NCBI GenBank assembly: GCA_965197415.1
Contig: OZ240207.1
Span: forward strand, 853,853-917,852
Reading direction: 5' to 3'
Source: Dehalococcoidia bacterium
GTDB taxonomy: Bacteria; Chloroflexota; Dehalococcoidia; Lucifugimonadales; JAGWBF01
Length of the DNA stretch: 64,000 nucleotides
In this document: positions 9,821 through 18,827 of the stretch, one piece after another
Layout: every line of letters starts with the position of its first letter
How positions within the stretch are numbered: position 1 is the first letter of the stretch
Program-made: the position numbers and the translations under genes
Notes under the pieces: generated by a model
The model's input: only the letters and a program-made list of their open reading frames with translations
Told to the model about the DNA's origin: nothing
The model's database searches: none

Positions 9821-10111
9821 TCAGTGACTGGTCTCGACAAAGATGTGCTCTAAGGCTGCCATCTCTTCTCTCAAGCTTTGCATCATGCGTATTTCGCGGC
9901 GGAGTCGCGCCTCAATGTCCTCACCCAACGATTGGCAATATCGATAATAGTCAACGTCGTCAGGAAATTTCATGGTGAGAATCATGGGGATCGCTGCCCG
10001 TTCTTCTACGGAAAGTCGATGGTATTCCCCATAGCGGTTGAACAGCAGGGTGACGGGCCCGATGGTGTATGTCCGGTTATTCCGTGGACTTCTGGAATTG
10101 TGACAGACCAT
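9821..10111 (-). CDS. hypothetical protein
   Basis: ORF 9821..10174 overlaps the upstream gene end, so start tentatively placed at MVCHNS (10111). C-terminal half looks helical (EDIEARLRREIRMMQSLREEMAALEHIF). No family recognised. Confidence 0.3.
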   Translation of the reverse strand: MVCHNSRSPRNNRTYTIGPVTLLFNRYGEYHRLSVEERAAIPMILTMKFPDDVDYYRYCQSLGEDIEARLRREIRMMQSLREEMAALEHIFVETSH

Positions 10112-11285
10112 CCATCGTGATTGTAGCTCTTCCGCCCGTTGCCTCATAGAAATTGAACCAGTAATCGTCTTCATCCGGCCCAGGGTGACTGAACGCGGCT
10201 ATGTCGCGGCTCATCTTGTCCAGCTTCCACGCGACTACGGGATGCTTCTCATCAACCAGCAGAATCACCGCCGCTCGAAAATCCCGTTGGGACTGCGATG
10301 CGTCCGGAATCCGCTTCCCGTGCTCCGCTATGATGTCCTCGATGGTATGTGTCTTGACTTGGCTTGCAGTGAATATCAAGTGCCCATTGTCGTCCCTAAC
10401 GCGGGCGCCCTCTTCGGTGTAGATCCAATTCCCGTCCTCAGCCATCCAAAGGTCAGGGACATCTTCAGGTGGTATGAAACCCGCCACGTACAATTCAATG
10501 GGGCTGTATGGGATAGGCACATAACTATCCTTGAGAGTATACCGACCGCCGCCGTGATCCACCAAGCCCGCAATATCAAACCCTCCGAGCAATCCGTTGG
10601 CGCTGTTAAATGCTCCCCAATGGTGATAGGGGGGTATGATGTTATTCCCCCAACGATGCATGATCTCATGCAGGAGCCACCCGGGCCTGGCTATATTCTC
10701 GTAGGAGTTAAGTTTGACTACTCCCTGAAGCTTGCCCGCTGATCCCCATCTTTGAAAAGATGAAGTAATCTCCATGCCGATCCCACGCACATCATTCGAC
10801 AAAGATGCATAAGTCAGTTTAAAGCCTTCAAGTCCTACCGTTTCAGATGCGTCTAAATTACCGACTAACACAAGGAAGTCGAACCGGTCCTCAAAGTACT
10901 CATAGAAAAGCATTGCTGATTCCCGTTGTGGGAAGATGGGATCAGAAAGAAGGTCTTCTGCAATGGGAAGGATGAACACGTTGTCATTGTATATCTGTGG
11001 CTCTCCATTCAACAGCTCAGGTGTAGCCGTAGGGGTAGCGTCAACAGGGACAAGGACCACTTCTGCGGGAACGACAACAACCTCATTCAACGGCTCAGGT
11101 GTAGCCGTAGGGGTAGTGACATCGACAAGGGTCGCCGTGGGCACCGGTGCGGCCACGGTAGCCGTTGGCGGCGGCTGCGTGGGGACCAACACGAGGTCGC
11201 AGGCCACAACAGCCATAGTCAACGGCAGTGTGAGCAGGATCGAAATCCCCACCCACTTCTTGTGAACCCCATCCCTATCACTCAT
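10077..11285 (-). CDS. putative secreted zinc metallopeptidase lipoprotein (HEXXH)
   Basis: N-terminal TM/signal with lipobox (LTMAVVAC), Thr/Pro-rich linker carrying a 78-bp direct repeat (11007-11042 vs 11085-11120), and a HEIMH motif (WLLHEIMHRWGNN). Family not recognised. Confidence 0.55.
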   Translation of the reverse strand: MSDRDGVHKKWVGISILLTLPLTMAVVACDLVLVPTQPPPTATVAAPVPTATLVDVTTPTATPEPLNEVVVVPAEVVLVPVDATPTATPELLNGEPQIYNDNVFILPIAEDLLSDPIFPQRESAMLFYEYFEDRFDFLVLVGNLDASETVGLEGFKLTYASLSNDVRGIGMEITSSFQRWGSAGKLQGVVKLNSYENIARPGWLLHEIMHRWGNNIIPPYHHWGAFNSANGLLGGFDIAGLVDHGGGRYTLKDSYVPIPYSPIELYVAGFIPPEDVPDLWMAEDGNWIYTEEGARVRDDNGHLIFTASQVKTHTIEDIIAEHGKRIPDASQSQRDFRAAVILLVDEKHPVVAWKLDKMSRDIAAFSHPGPDEDDYWFNFYEATGGRATITMDGLSQFQKSTE

Positions 11286-11536
11286 TACAGGTGAGTGTCC
11301 TGTTGACCATAACGCATGGCCGTTTCAGCCTCATCATAGTTGCGCGCTTGGCTCCTGGCTATGGAGGCGACCAGGGTGGGTACCCATCCCACTCGGGATT
11401 GCCCGTCAACTGCCTCACGCTCGATCCGCCGGCGTTCATGACGTATCAAGGTAATGGGTCAACCCAGGATTCTATAGTACCAGCCTGAATCTGAAGGTGA
11501 ATGTGCTTGATTTTGTCAAGCGTGGTGGAGCCTGGT

Positions 11537-12649
11537 TTACAGGTTGAACTGTGGGTCGGACCAGTTCTGCTCTTTGCGGTACACCTGGATGCGGGAGGTG
11601 CGGACCTCCATCACCATGATGTTCCCCCTGTCGTCCACGTTCACGGAGACGGGGTAGTGTATCCGGTAGGTCTCGGACATGTCGGCCCTTAGCATGGCTT
11701 TCTGGGCGTCCAAGTCGATGTTGACCCTGTCCTGTGTGGCTGGGGAGAACTTCTCGGCGTCGCCGTGAAAGTCGGTGATGAAGTCGCCCTCGGCGTCGTA
11801 GACGTTCAGCCGGTGATTGCCCCAGTCGCTGATGTAAATGTCCCCGTCCTTGTCGATGGCCACGTTGGACGGGCGGTGCAGTTGTCCCTCGTCATGCCCG
11901 GGCGTTCCAATGGTCGCTATGTACGTCCCGTCGGGGGTGAACTTCTGCACGCGGTTGTTCTTCCAGTCGGCGACGTAGACTTTGCCTTCTTTGTCGAAGT
12001 TGATTCCCCAGGGCAGGTTGAATTCCCCGGGTCGGTCTCCAAAACGCCCCCAGCCGAAGATGAACTTGCCGTCCCTGGTGAACACCTGAATCCGGTGGTT
12101 GCGGCTGTCCACCACGTAGGCGTTGTCGTTCTTGTCGAACTCTATCCCCGACGGCCCGTTCAGCTTACCTTCCTCCATCCCCATGCCAGGGACCACCTTG
12201 CGCAGGTAGTATTCCAGCGGAAGGCCGAAGGTGTTCAGCAGCTCCATCTTGTCGGCGTCCGGGTCGCCTTCCAGGGTCATGCCTATATCCCAACGGTCTT
12301 TGTTGTTTCCGTCCTTGTCCCATACGAATATACCGTTGGTGTACTCGTCCGCCAGGTATACGTTCTCCTCACTGTCCAGGGCGATAGACGTAGGCCAGGG
12401 ACAAAAGCCGTCCCCAACCTCGGGACCTCGGTACTCCCAGATAGCCTGGTGCTTGTCCGGCGAAAAGTCTGCCTTGGTCAGTCCCCCTCCAAAGGTTGCG
12501 AACTCCACTCCTCTCGAGGCCAAGTAGAGTATGTTGTCTGGGCCCAACGCAAAGTCGGTTGGGCGGCTGAAGCCTCTGCCTTCCCGTATGCCCGGTCCAA
12601 GGCAGTGGGAGTAGTTATAGACCCTGTTGCGGATAAACTTAGTCTGCAT
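11537..12649 (-). CDS. NHL-repeat six-bladed beta-propeller protein (copy 2), no signal peptide
   Basis: NHL blades (VYLADEYTNGIFVWDKDG, AYVVDSRNHRIQVFTRDG, VYVADWKNNRVQKFTPDG, IYISDWGNHRLNVYDAEG). C-terminus RTSRIQVYRKEQNWSDPQFNL matches copy 1. Confidence 0.75.
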   Translation of the reverse strand: MQTKFIRNRVYNYSHCLGPGIREGRGFSRPTDFALGPDNILYLASRGVEFATFGGGLTKADFSPDKHQAIWEYRGPEVGDGFCPWPTSIALDSEENVYLADEYTNGIFVWDKDGNNKDRWDIGMTLEGDPDADKMELLNTFGLPLEYYLRKVVPGMGMEEGKLNGPSGIEFDKNDNAYVVDSRNHRIQVFTRDGKFIFGWGRFGDRPGEFNLPWGINFDKEGKVYVADWKNNRVQKFTPDGTYIATIGTPGHDEGQLHRPSNVAIDKDGDIYISDWGNHRLNVYDAEGDFITDFHGDAEKFSPATQDRVNIDLDAQKAMLRADMSETYRIHYPVSVNVDDRGNIMVMEVRTSRIQVYRKEQNWSDPQFNL

Positions 12650-12675
12650 CGGTTAACTCCAAGTCAGGTCAGACA

Positions 12676-14076
12676 CTAGGCGAACTGATATTCGCGGGTC
12701 GAGGCGATAAGGGCCAGCATATCGCCAACCCTCTGGGTTGACGCCTCTTCCTGACCGGTCTCCCAGGTCAGCGGACCGGCCTGTTCGGACAGCGTGTCCA
12801 ACTCGGCGCGAGTGCCTTCCTCCACGGCGATGGGACCCAGAAGGTCCAGGCAGGACTCCACCAGTTCCGAGCCGGATATAGTCCCCTTAGCCTTGATCCG
12901 CTCGACTATGGCGCGGATTCCGGGGTAGCGGGTGTTGGAGACCGCCTCGGCGCAGAAGTTAATGCGCCGGACCAGCGAGCCGCTGTCTATCCACTCGGCT
13001 CCAAAGTGCCAGCCTTCCACCGAAGGCGGGTTGAGGAGCATCTGGCCCATGAATTCGCTTTCCATGGACATGATGTTCAGACCCGGGCGGGGGAACTTAT
13101 AGTCTCCAATCAGGCGCATGGTGCCGGCGATGACCTCTGCCGGGCTCTTGACGCACATGTGCCTGGCTTCCTTGAAGAAGTCGGAGTTGAAGAGGACCCG
13201 GAGGGTGTGCTTGATGTCGAAGTCGGAGTTGATGAAGGCGTCGCCTATGATGTTAATGGCCACGGGGTCTCTGGGTGGCACGTCCAACCAAGAGGGCACC
13301 TGGACCTCGTCGGCCACGAAGTAGTTGTAGAGGTGGCGGGCCATAAAACGAGCCGTGGCGGGCTGGCGGCAGACGATGTTGATTACGTCCTCGCCGTTGA
13401 ACCTACCCTTGTGGCCCAGAAGCTCCTTCTCCCCGTCGTCATGGTCGTCTTCGACGTATTCGAACTTCCAGGGAAACCGGGTGAAGGGGCGCCTGGGAGG
13501 CTTGGCCGCAATGGTCCATCCGGTAAATGCCCTGGCGCACTCGAATACGTCTTTCTCCGTGTAGTTGCCCTGGCCCATGGAGAAGAGTTCCAGAAGTTCC
13601 CGTCCCCAGTTCTCGTTGGGCTGGTCTTTGTGGTTGTAGTTGTTGTCCAGCCAGAAGATCATAGCCGGGTTCTTGGATATCTCCAGCAGCATCTCCCGGT
13701 AGTTGCCAAGAGCGTGTTTCCGCATGGTGTCGTAGTAGGTGGTCATGTCCACCGGGCCGTCCACTTTGCCGTTGCCAGTGGCGAAGAGCATGTGCCAGAA
13801 CAGGGTCATCTTTTCTAGCAGGTGACGGGGGCTGGCCATGATGTGGTAGACCATGTACTCCCCGGAGCCAGGAGGAGCGGCGGGGGTGATCATGTCGGGG
13901 TAGTAGCGGAAGAATTCGTCCCGGTCCAGGTCGGCTATGCCGTACTTCTCCGGATCGAGAAGCTCCTCCACAGTCTGCTCGTATCCCTTCTCAGCCCACA
14001 TTTCCAACTCGTCCCGCGGCACGCCGAACCCCGCCCGGCGGAGAAGATGGGCCATCAATGCCAGGTCTTCTGCCAT
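12676..14076 (-). CDS. DUF1800 domain protein (copy 2), no signal peptide
   Basis: MAHLLRRAGFG motif. A 52-aa run (NPAMIFWLDNNYNHKD.PNENWGRELLELFSMGQGNYTEKDVFECARAFTGWTIA) differs from copy 1 at one residue. Start set at ATG 14076, with TAAGGAG SD 6 nt upstream. Confidence 0.75.
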   Translation of the reverse strand: MAEDLALMAHLLRRAGFGVPRDELEMWAEKGYEQTVEELLDPEKYGIADLDRDEFFRYYPDMITPAAPPGSGEYMVYHIMASPRHLLEKMTLFWHMLFATGNGKVDGPVDMTTYYDTMRKHALGNYREMLLEISKNPAMIFWLDNNYNHKDQPNENWGRELLELFSMGQGNYTEKDVFECARAFTGWTIAAKPPRRPFTRFPWKFEYVEDDHDDGEKELLGHKGRFNGEDVINIVCRQPATARFMARHLYNYFVADEVQVPSWLDVPPRDPVAINIIGDAFINSDFDIKHTLRVLFNSDFFKEARHMCVKSPAEVIAGTMRLIGDYKFPRPGLNIMSMESEFMGQMLLNPPSVEGWHFGAEWIDSGSLVRRINFCAEAVSNTRYPGIRAIVERIKAKGTISGSELVESCLDLLGPIAVEEGTRAELDTLSEQAGPLTWETGQEEASTQRVGDMLALIASTREYQFA

Positions 14077-14147
14077 GACCACTCCTTATGTTTATGTCAA
14101 CTCACGCAGACAGCCAATCGCAAAGACGTGTGGCGCCACGCCTAGAG

Positions 14148-14177
14148 ATTCTAGACCACCCCTCGCTTCACGGTCAA
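14148..14177 (-). promoter_or_regulatory. putative sigma70-type promoter for DUF1800 copy 2
   Basis: Minus strand TTGACC (14177-14172), 18 nt spacer, TAGAAT (14153-14148), about 70 nt upstream of the start. Confidence 0.35.
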
Positions 14178-14336
14178 CAAGACATATTGCACTTTGGATA
14201 CAATGAATTGTTCCAGCCAACAAGACGTGTGAGCTTATGTCTCGACGAAATAGGGGATGAGCATCTAACCCAAATGGACCTATTCTATGTATGATATGCT
14301 GTAAGGCATATGCATTAGGCATTTGGGAGTATCGCA

Positions 14337-14729
14337 ATGGCATCCAAGGCAAAGCCAACGAGGGTGCTCGACAAGAAACTTTCAGACGCCCTTAGTGACC
14401 TCAGGGAGGCAGTCGCAGAGGCGTTCGATGAAGGATTCCCCACGCCTTCCGAAACCGCTCTGAACAATGCCGACCGCTTATTGAGGGCGATGTACAAGAT
14501 TTCTCCTCGCCGTTTCGAAGTGTATCCCACTCCCGACGGCGAGGTCGCCATAGATGCTCCAAACGGGCGCGGCAGCTCGGTCATATTGTTGTGCGAATCA
14601 GAAGGCGGTGCATTCTGTTTGGCTAACCTTAAAAGCGGTCACCGCCGTAGTCGTTACTCAAGCGCCGAAATTCTTCCGGACGGTTTTTTACATGAAGCGT
14701 TGGCAGACCTGGAAAGCCACGACATCTAG
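14337..14729 (+). CDS. hypothetical protein (ends at a TAG that is in frame with the next ORF)
   Basis: 130-aa ORF with ATG start in a locally lower-GC stretch. No family recognised. Same reading frame as 14832..15158. Confidence 0.45.
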   Translation: MASKAKPTRVLDKKLSDALSDLREAVAEAFDEGFPTPSETALNNADRLLRAMYKISPRRFEVYPTPDGEVAIDAPNGRGSSVILLCESEGGAFCLANLKSGHRRSRYSSAEILPDGFLHEALADLESHDI

Positions 14730-14831
14730 GCTTCATGGAGATCCCAGACACCGTCAGACCTCGGTCGCAGAGTCTCTTCAAGCAGAACCGCTGAACGCGC
14801 GCAACGTTCGCGAGTCCCGATCGCCTTATTC

Positions 14832-15158
14832 TTGCCTCCAAAAGTTGGCGATACCGACATTTCGGTAGACCGATTAAGCATTGTTCCGCTAGACGAGCCA
14901 GCGGCAATCGCTGACAAACATGACAGCGCCCGTGGCCGCACGTTCTATGGTTGGGCGGTCGTTACAGCAGAATTGGCTGCTGACAATGGCAGGCAGGTAG
15001 TTGCGACCTCCATCCCGGATGAGAATCCTTATTATGCGGACATCGTCCTGCCGCAGCATGTCGCAGACGATGATGAGCAGCGAAAGCAACATGCACAACA
15101 GCTAGCGGACTCTTCGTCTTGGCGTCGCAGCCCGACTCTACCGAACGAAAATCAGTGA
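14832..15158 (+). CDS. hypothetical protein (possible C-terminal half of a split or read-through gene)
   Basis: 108-aa ORF with only a TTG start and no SD. The frame is open all the way back to the TAG at 14727-14729. Confidence 0.35.
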   Translation: MPPKVGDTDISVDRLSIVPLDEPAAIADKHDSARGRTFYGWAVVTAELAADNGRQVVATSIPDENPYYADIVLPQHVADDDEQRKQHAQQLADSSSWRRSPTLPNENQ

Positions 15159-15299
15159 CCATCGAGACGGTACGTTACCGTTGCTGGACGCTTAGGGGTG
15201 TCCTTAAAGGCCCTCTCTATTGACACCGTGCCCTGTCCATGCTGACAATTCCCTTAAATCGGCGGTCCCCCATCCATCCCTCCGGACCGACACAGGAGG

Positions 15300-16640
15300 T
15301 TGAGCTTGGACCCTTCCCGTCCCCTCGAAGGTTTTCGAATTCTGGACTTCACATGGGTGCGCGCCGGGCCTTGGGCAACTAGGTGGCTTGCGGTCTTGGG
15401 AGCGGAGGTCATCAAGATTCAGTGGCCTGGCAACCTCGGTGTCAGGGCACGGAGCAGCGCCGACGCCACTAAGCCCGGCGAGCTGGAACCCGAACCCAAC
15501 TCCAACGGCGGCTTCTGCGACGGAAACCCAGCCAAGCTGGGAGTGTCCCTGAACGTCAGAACGACCCAGGGAATGGAGTTGGTGAAGCAGCTTATCGGCA
15601 TATCCGACGCCGTCATCGAGAACTTCAGCGCGGGAGTCATGGGCCGCTGGGGCATCCCCTACGAAGAGATGCGCAAGATACGGCCCGACATCGTCTACGT
15701 CTCCATGGCGGGCTTAGGCCACTTCGGGCCCTGGGTGGACTACACCACAATGGGCCCCTCGGCCCAATCCCTGGGCGGTCTCCAGTTCATTTCGGGGCTG
15801 CCCGACCAACCGCCTTCAGGATGGGGCTATTCGTACATGGACGACGTGGGGGGCATCTACGGGGCGATGTCCATGGTCACCGCCCTCCGCCACAGGCAGG
15901 CCACCGGGCAGGGTCAGTACGTAGACTTGTCCCAGATGTCCGTGGGCCCGACCATCGTGGGGCCGGCCTTCATAGACCGCACGATAAACGACCGTCTAGC
16001 CCGCCGAGAAGGATACCCGCCTGGAAACCGGTCCGCCTGGCCCGGAGCGCCTCTGGCCCCCAACTACCGGGACGGACCGGCGGCCCCTCACAATGCCTAC
16101 CGCACGAAACCCGGCGGATACAACGACTGGTGCACCATCGCATGCTTGAGCGACGGCGAATGGAAGGCGCTGATCGGTGTCATGGGAAACCCGGCCTGGG
16201 CCGAAGACCCAGACTTCGATACGCTGCGGGGAAGACTGGCTCACCAGGCAGAAATCGACGAGGGCATCCAGGAATGGGCCATCGAGTTGGACAAATACGA
16301 GCTTACGGAGAAGTGCCAAGCCGCCGGAGTGAGAGCCATGGCGGTGCAAAGCTCGGAGAACAGAGTGGAACACGACCCTCAGCTGAAGAGCAGACGGATG
16401 CATACGGAAATCGACCATCCGCTTCTGGGCAGCAAGAAGCAGCAGAACGCACCCTTCACCATTTCAGGGGCACACCCGGAAGTGGCTATGCCCGCGCCCC
16501 TAATCGGGGAACATACGCGCCAGGTGATGGAGGGGCTTTTAGGCATGGACCTGGTCGAGGTACGCGACGGTTTCGACGAGGGAATCTTCTGGCCTGAGGG
16601 CACGGGCAAGTACCCGCACATCGAGGAGGCGCTGCTATGA
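15300..16640 (+). CDS. CoA-transferase family III (CaiB/BaiF-like)
   Basis: N-terminal PLEGFRILDFTWVRAGPWATRWLAVLGAEVIKI pattern and overall length are typical of family III CoA-transferases. TTG start with GGAGG SD. Confidence 0.85.
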   Translation: MSLDPSRPLEGFRILDFTWVRAGPWATRWLAVLGAEVIKIQWPGNLGVRARSSADATKPGELEPEPNSNGGFCDGNPAKLGVSLNVRTTQGMELVKQLIGISDAVIENFSAGVMGRWGIPYEEMRKIRPDIVYVSMAGLGHFGPWVDYTTMGPSAQSLGGLQFISGLPDQPPSGWGYSYMDDVGGIYGAMSMVTALRHRQATGQGQYVDLSQMSVGPTIVGPAFIDRTINDRLARREGYPPGNRSAWPGAPLAPNYRDGPAAPHNAYRTKPGGYNDWCTIACLSDGEWKALIGVMGNPAWAEDPDFDTLRGRLAHQAEIDEGIQEWAIELDKYELTEKCQAAGVRAMAVQSSENRVEHDPQLKSRRMHTEIDHPLLGSKKQQNAPFTISGAHPEVAMPAPLIGEHTRQVMEGLLGMDLVEVRDGFDEGIFWPEGTGKYPHIEEALL

Positions 16641-17962
16641 CATCGTCGCAATCAACCGGGCACCCTCACCCCAACCCTCTCCCGTCGAGGGAGAGGGGGC
16701 AACTGGCTGGGGCGTTGTCGGGCCTGCGAGTCCTCGAGCTATCCGGCCACGAGGGGGACTTCTGCGGCAAGCTCATGGCGGACATGGGCGCCGACGTCAT
16801 AAAGATAGAGCCGCCGGGAGGCGAGGCCTCCCGCTCCAGAGGCCCCTTCTACAACGACACGCCCGACCGCAACGGCAGCCTCTGGTTCTGGCACTACAAC
16901 ACGTCCAAGCGGGGCATAACCCTGGACTTGGAGACGGCCGACGGCCAAGCCCTGCTGAAACGGCTCGTGCCGTCCGCTGACATCCTGCTGGAGTCCTACC
17001 AGCCCGACTATCTGACCAGCCTTGGGCTGGGTTACGACGACTTGTCGGCCCTCAACCCCGGCCTGATTATGTGCTCCCTGACTCACTTCGGGCAGTCGGG
17101 GCCGTGGCGGGACTTCAAGCCGTCGGACCTGATTCACATGGCCGGCGGAGGACAAATGGCGTCCTGCGGCTACGACGACGCCGACGTGGCCGGAGGCCCC
17201 CCCATGGCGCCGGGCGGCGGACAGTCATTGCACATTGGGTGCGAATACGCTTACATCGCCATAGTATCCGCCGTTATGGCTCGCGCGATGACCGGGCAAG
17301 GGTCGTACATCGACTCCTCCATCCACGACGCATGCGCCCTGACCACCGAGGGCGCGGTGAACACGTATATATACTCGGGCAATGTGGTGTACCGTCACAC
17401 GGGCCGACACGCTACCGTGGACTTCATAGACGTGTCCCGCAGGGGCGGCATGGAAATGCCCACCCGTGACGGACGCTGGGTCCACCTCGCTCTAGGAGAG
17501 CTGATAGAAACCCCAGCCAGGCTGCGTCAGTTGGCCGAGTGGATGGACGAGCACGGCATGGCCCAGGACTTGCTGGACGAGACCTACGAGAGCAACGAGG
17601 GAGTCCAGGCGAACAAGGAGCATGTCTGGCAGACCGTGCGGGAGTTCCTCCAGACCAGGGACCAGGATGAGATATGGCACAAGGGCCAGGAGATGGGTTT
17701 CCCCTGGGGAGCCGTCAGGTCCATGGACGAGGTGACAGTGTGCCCGCATCTGGACGCCCGGGGATTCTTCACCGAGGTCGAACACCCGGAGCAGGGCCGG
17801 TCCTTCAACTATCCGGGGCCGGCCGCAATATTCAACGGGTCGCCTTGGAGGATTTCCAAGCGGGCGCCGCTGGTGGGAGAACACAACGAGGAGATTCTCT
17901 GCGGAGAGCTTGGCCTCAGCCGCCAGGAGCTGGCGCTCCTCGCCGAGTCGGGCGTGGTCTAG
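16637..17962 (+). CDS. CoA-transferase family III (CaiB/BaiF-like)
   Basis: LSGLRVLELSGHEGDFCGKLMADMGADVIKIEPPGG motif. ATGA overlap with the upstream stop. The first 26 codons translate a palindromic element, so an alternative TTG start at 16715 (MSGLRVLEL) is plausible. Confidence 0.85.
   Translation: MTSSQSTGHPHPNPLPSRERGQLAGALSGLRVLELSGHEGDFCGKLMADMGADVIKIEPPGGEASRSRGPFYNDTPDRNGSLWFWHYNTSKRGITLDLETADGQALLKRLVPSADILLESYQPDYLTSLGLGYDDLSALNPGLIMCSLTHFGQSGPWRDFKPSDLIHMAGGGQMASCGYDDADVAGGPPMAPGGGQSLHIGCEYAYIAIVSAVMARAMTGQGSYIDSSIHDACALTTEGAVNTYIYSGNVVYRHTGRHATVDFIDVSRRGGMEMPTRDGRWVHLALGELIETPARLRQLAEWMDEHGMAQDLLDETYESNEGVQANKEHVWQTVREFLQTRDQDEIWHKGQEMGFPWGAVRSMDEVTVCPHLDARGFFTEVEHPEQGRSFNYPGPAAIFNGSPWRISKRAPLVGEHNEEILCGELGLSRQELALLAESGVV
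16675..16697. repeat. perfect 9-bp-stem palindrome (REP/MITE-like element)
   Basis: ccctctccc (16675-16683), gtcga, gggagaggg (16689-16697). Translated as the HPHPNPLPSRERG peptide that commonly marks small palindromic repeat elements. Confidence 0.5.
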
Positions 17963-17978
17963 AATCTACGGCGAGGCG

Positions 17979-18473
17979 CTATGCCGGAACTGAGGCGCCT
18001 GCGACTAAGTCGGGTTGAGGGGTACACGCTGGCCTATCCTCGACCACCAAGGCACGCCCGACGGCCTTCAGGGCTTTCTCCACCTGACTGATATGCGACC
18101 TGTGGAGCGGGTTAACGAGCCTGCGGACAGCCCCCTCGCTTAGGCCCAGACGAGCGGCCAGCGCGACGTTGGTGAGACCCTGCTCCCGCATCGCGGCATA
18201 GAGGGTCAGCTTTGAAGCGACAATTATAGGGACAGGTATCAACACCTGGCCTTCCTGCAACGGGCTTGGAACAGGAATGTCCTCGTCTTGTTTCACGTAA
18301 ATACTCAGCGCCACGCCAAGGCAGTCTTCGGCCATCTCCAAGGCTTCTTGCCAAGACCACCCACAGGTAATAGCCGGTGGCACGTCCGGAAAGGTCACCC
18401 CGTAAGCTTCCCGTCCTGTCTCTCGTGCCTCTTCCTCGTCACGGACGATATCGCAAGGGAAAGCGTAATACAT
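17979..18473 (-). CDS. hicB: HicB family antitoxin with C-terminal HTH
   Basis: N-terminal HicB fold pattern (YYAFPCDIVRDEEE..YGVTFPDVPPAITCGWSWQEALEMAEDCL) plus an HTH (GLTNVALAARLGLSEGAVRRL). Sits directly downstream of hicA. Confidence 0.8.
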   Translation of the reverse strand: MYYAFPCDIVRDEEEARETGREAYGVTFPDVPPAITCGWSWQEALEMAEDCLGVALSIYVKQDEDIPVPSPLQEGQVLIPVPIIVASKLTLYAAMREQGLTNVALAARLGLSEGAVRRLVNPLHRSHISQVEKALKAVGRALVVEDRPACTPQPDLVAGASVPA

Positions 18474-18476
18474 GGC

Positions 18477-18683
18477 CTAAAACTCCTGTCGGTTGATGGC
18501 GAGGCGTCGGAACATGGAGGCTAAAGTGTTCGGGGCGATTTCGCCGTGCTGAACGGTGGCGCTGCGACTCCCTATGATGACCGTGCCGTGGCTGCCCTTC
18601 CCGGCAGTGGGGTCAAAGCTGAACTCCAGACGATTCTTGTGGGCGTACCTCCTGGCTCGCCTAACGAATTCCCTCCCGTTCAT
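18477..18683 (-). CDS. hicA: HicA family mRNA interferase toxin
   Basis: 68 aa from MNGREFVRRARRY.. with the KGSHG motif. 3-nt gap to hicB. The ORF track starts 12 codons earlier (18719). Confidence 0.7.
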   Translation of the reverse strand: MNGREFVRRARRYAHKNRLEFSFDPTAGKGSHGTVIIGSRSATVQHGEIAPNTLASMFRRLAINRQEF

Positions 18684-18827
18684 TGAATCTATAATAGTAC
18701 ATAAATGTACGATTCTCAAGCGGGGTGTGGATTCCGGCCTCCGCCGGAAAGACAGTTCGGGGCCGCGTAGTGGAGAAGGAACATTTTAGCCCTGGGCCGT
18801 TGAAGTCCTAGCTCTTGAAGTCGGGCT

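Noticed and set aside
14727-14729. Interpreting the in-frame TAG as pyrrolysine.
   Set aside because: There are no pyl genes or a PylT-like tRNA in the window, and no methylamine methyltransferase context. A nonsense mutation or chance is more likely.
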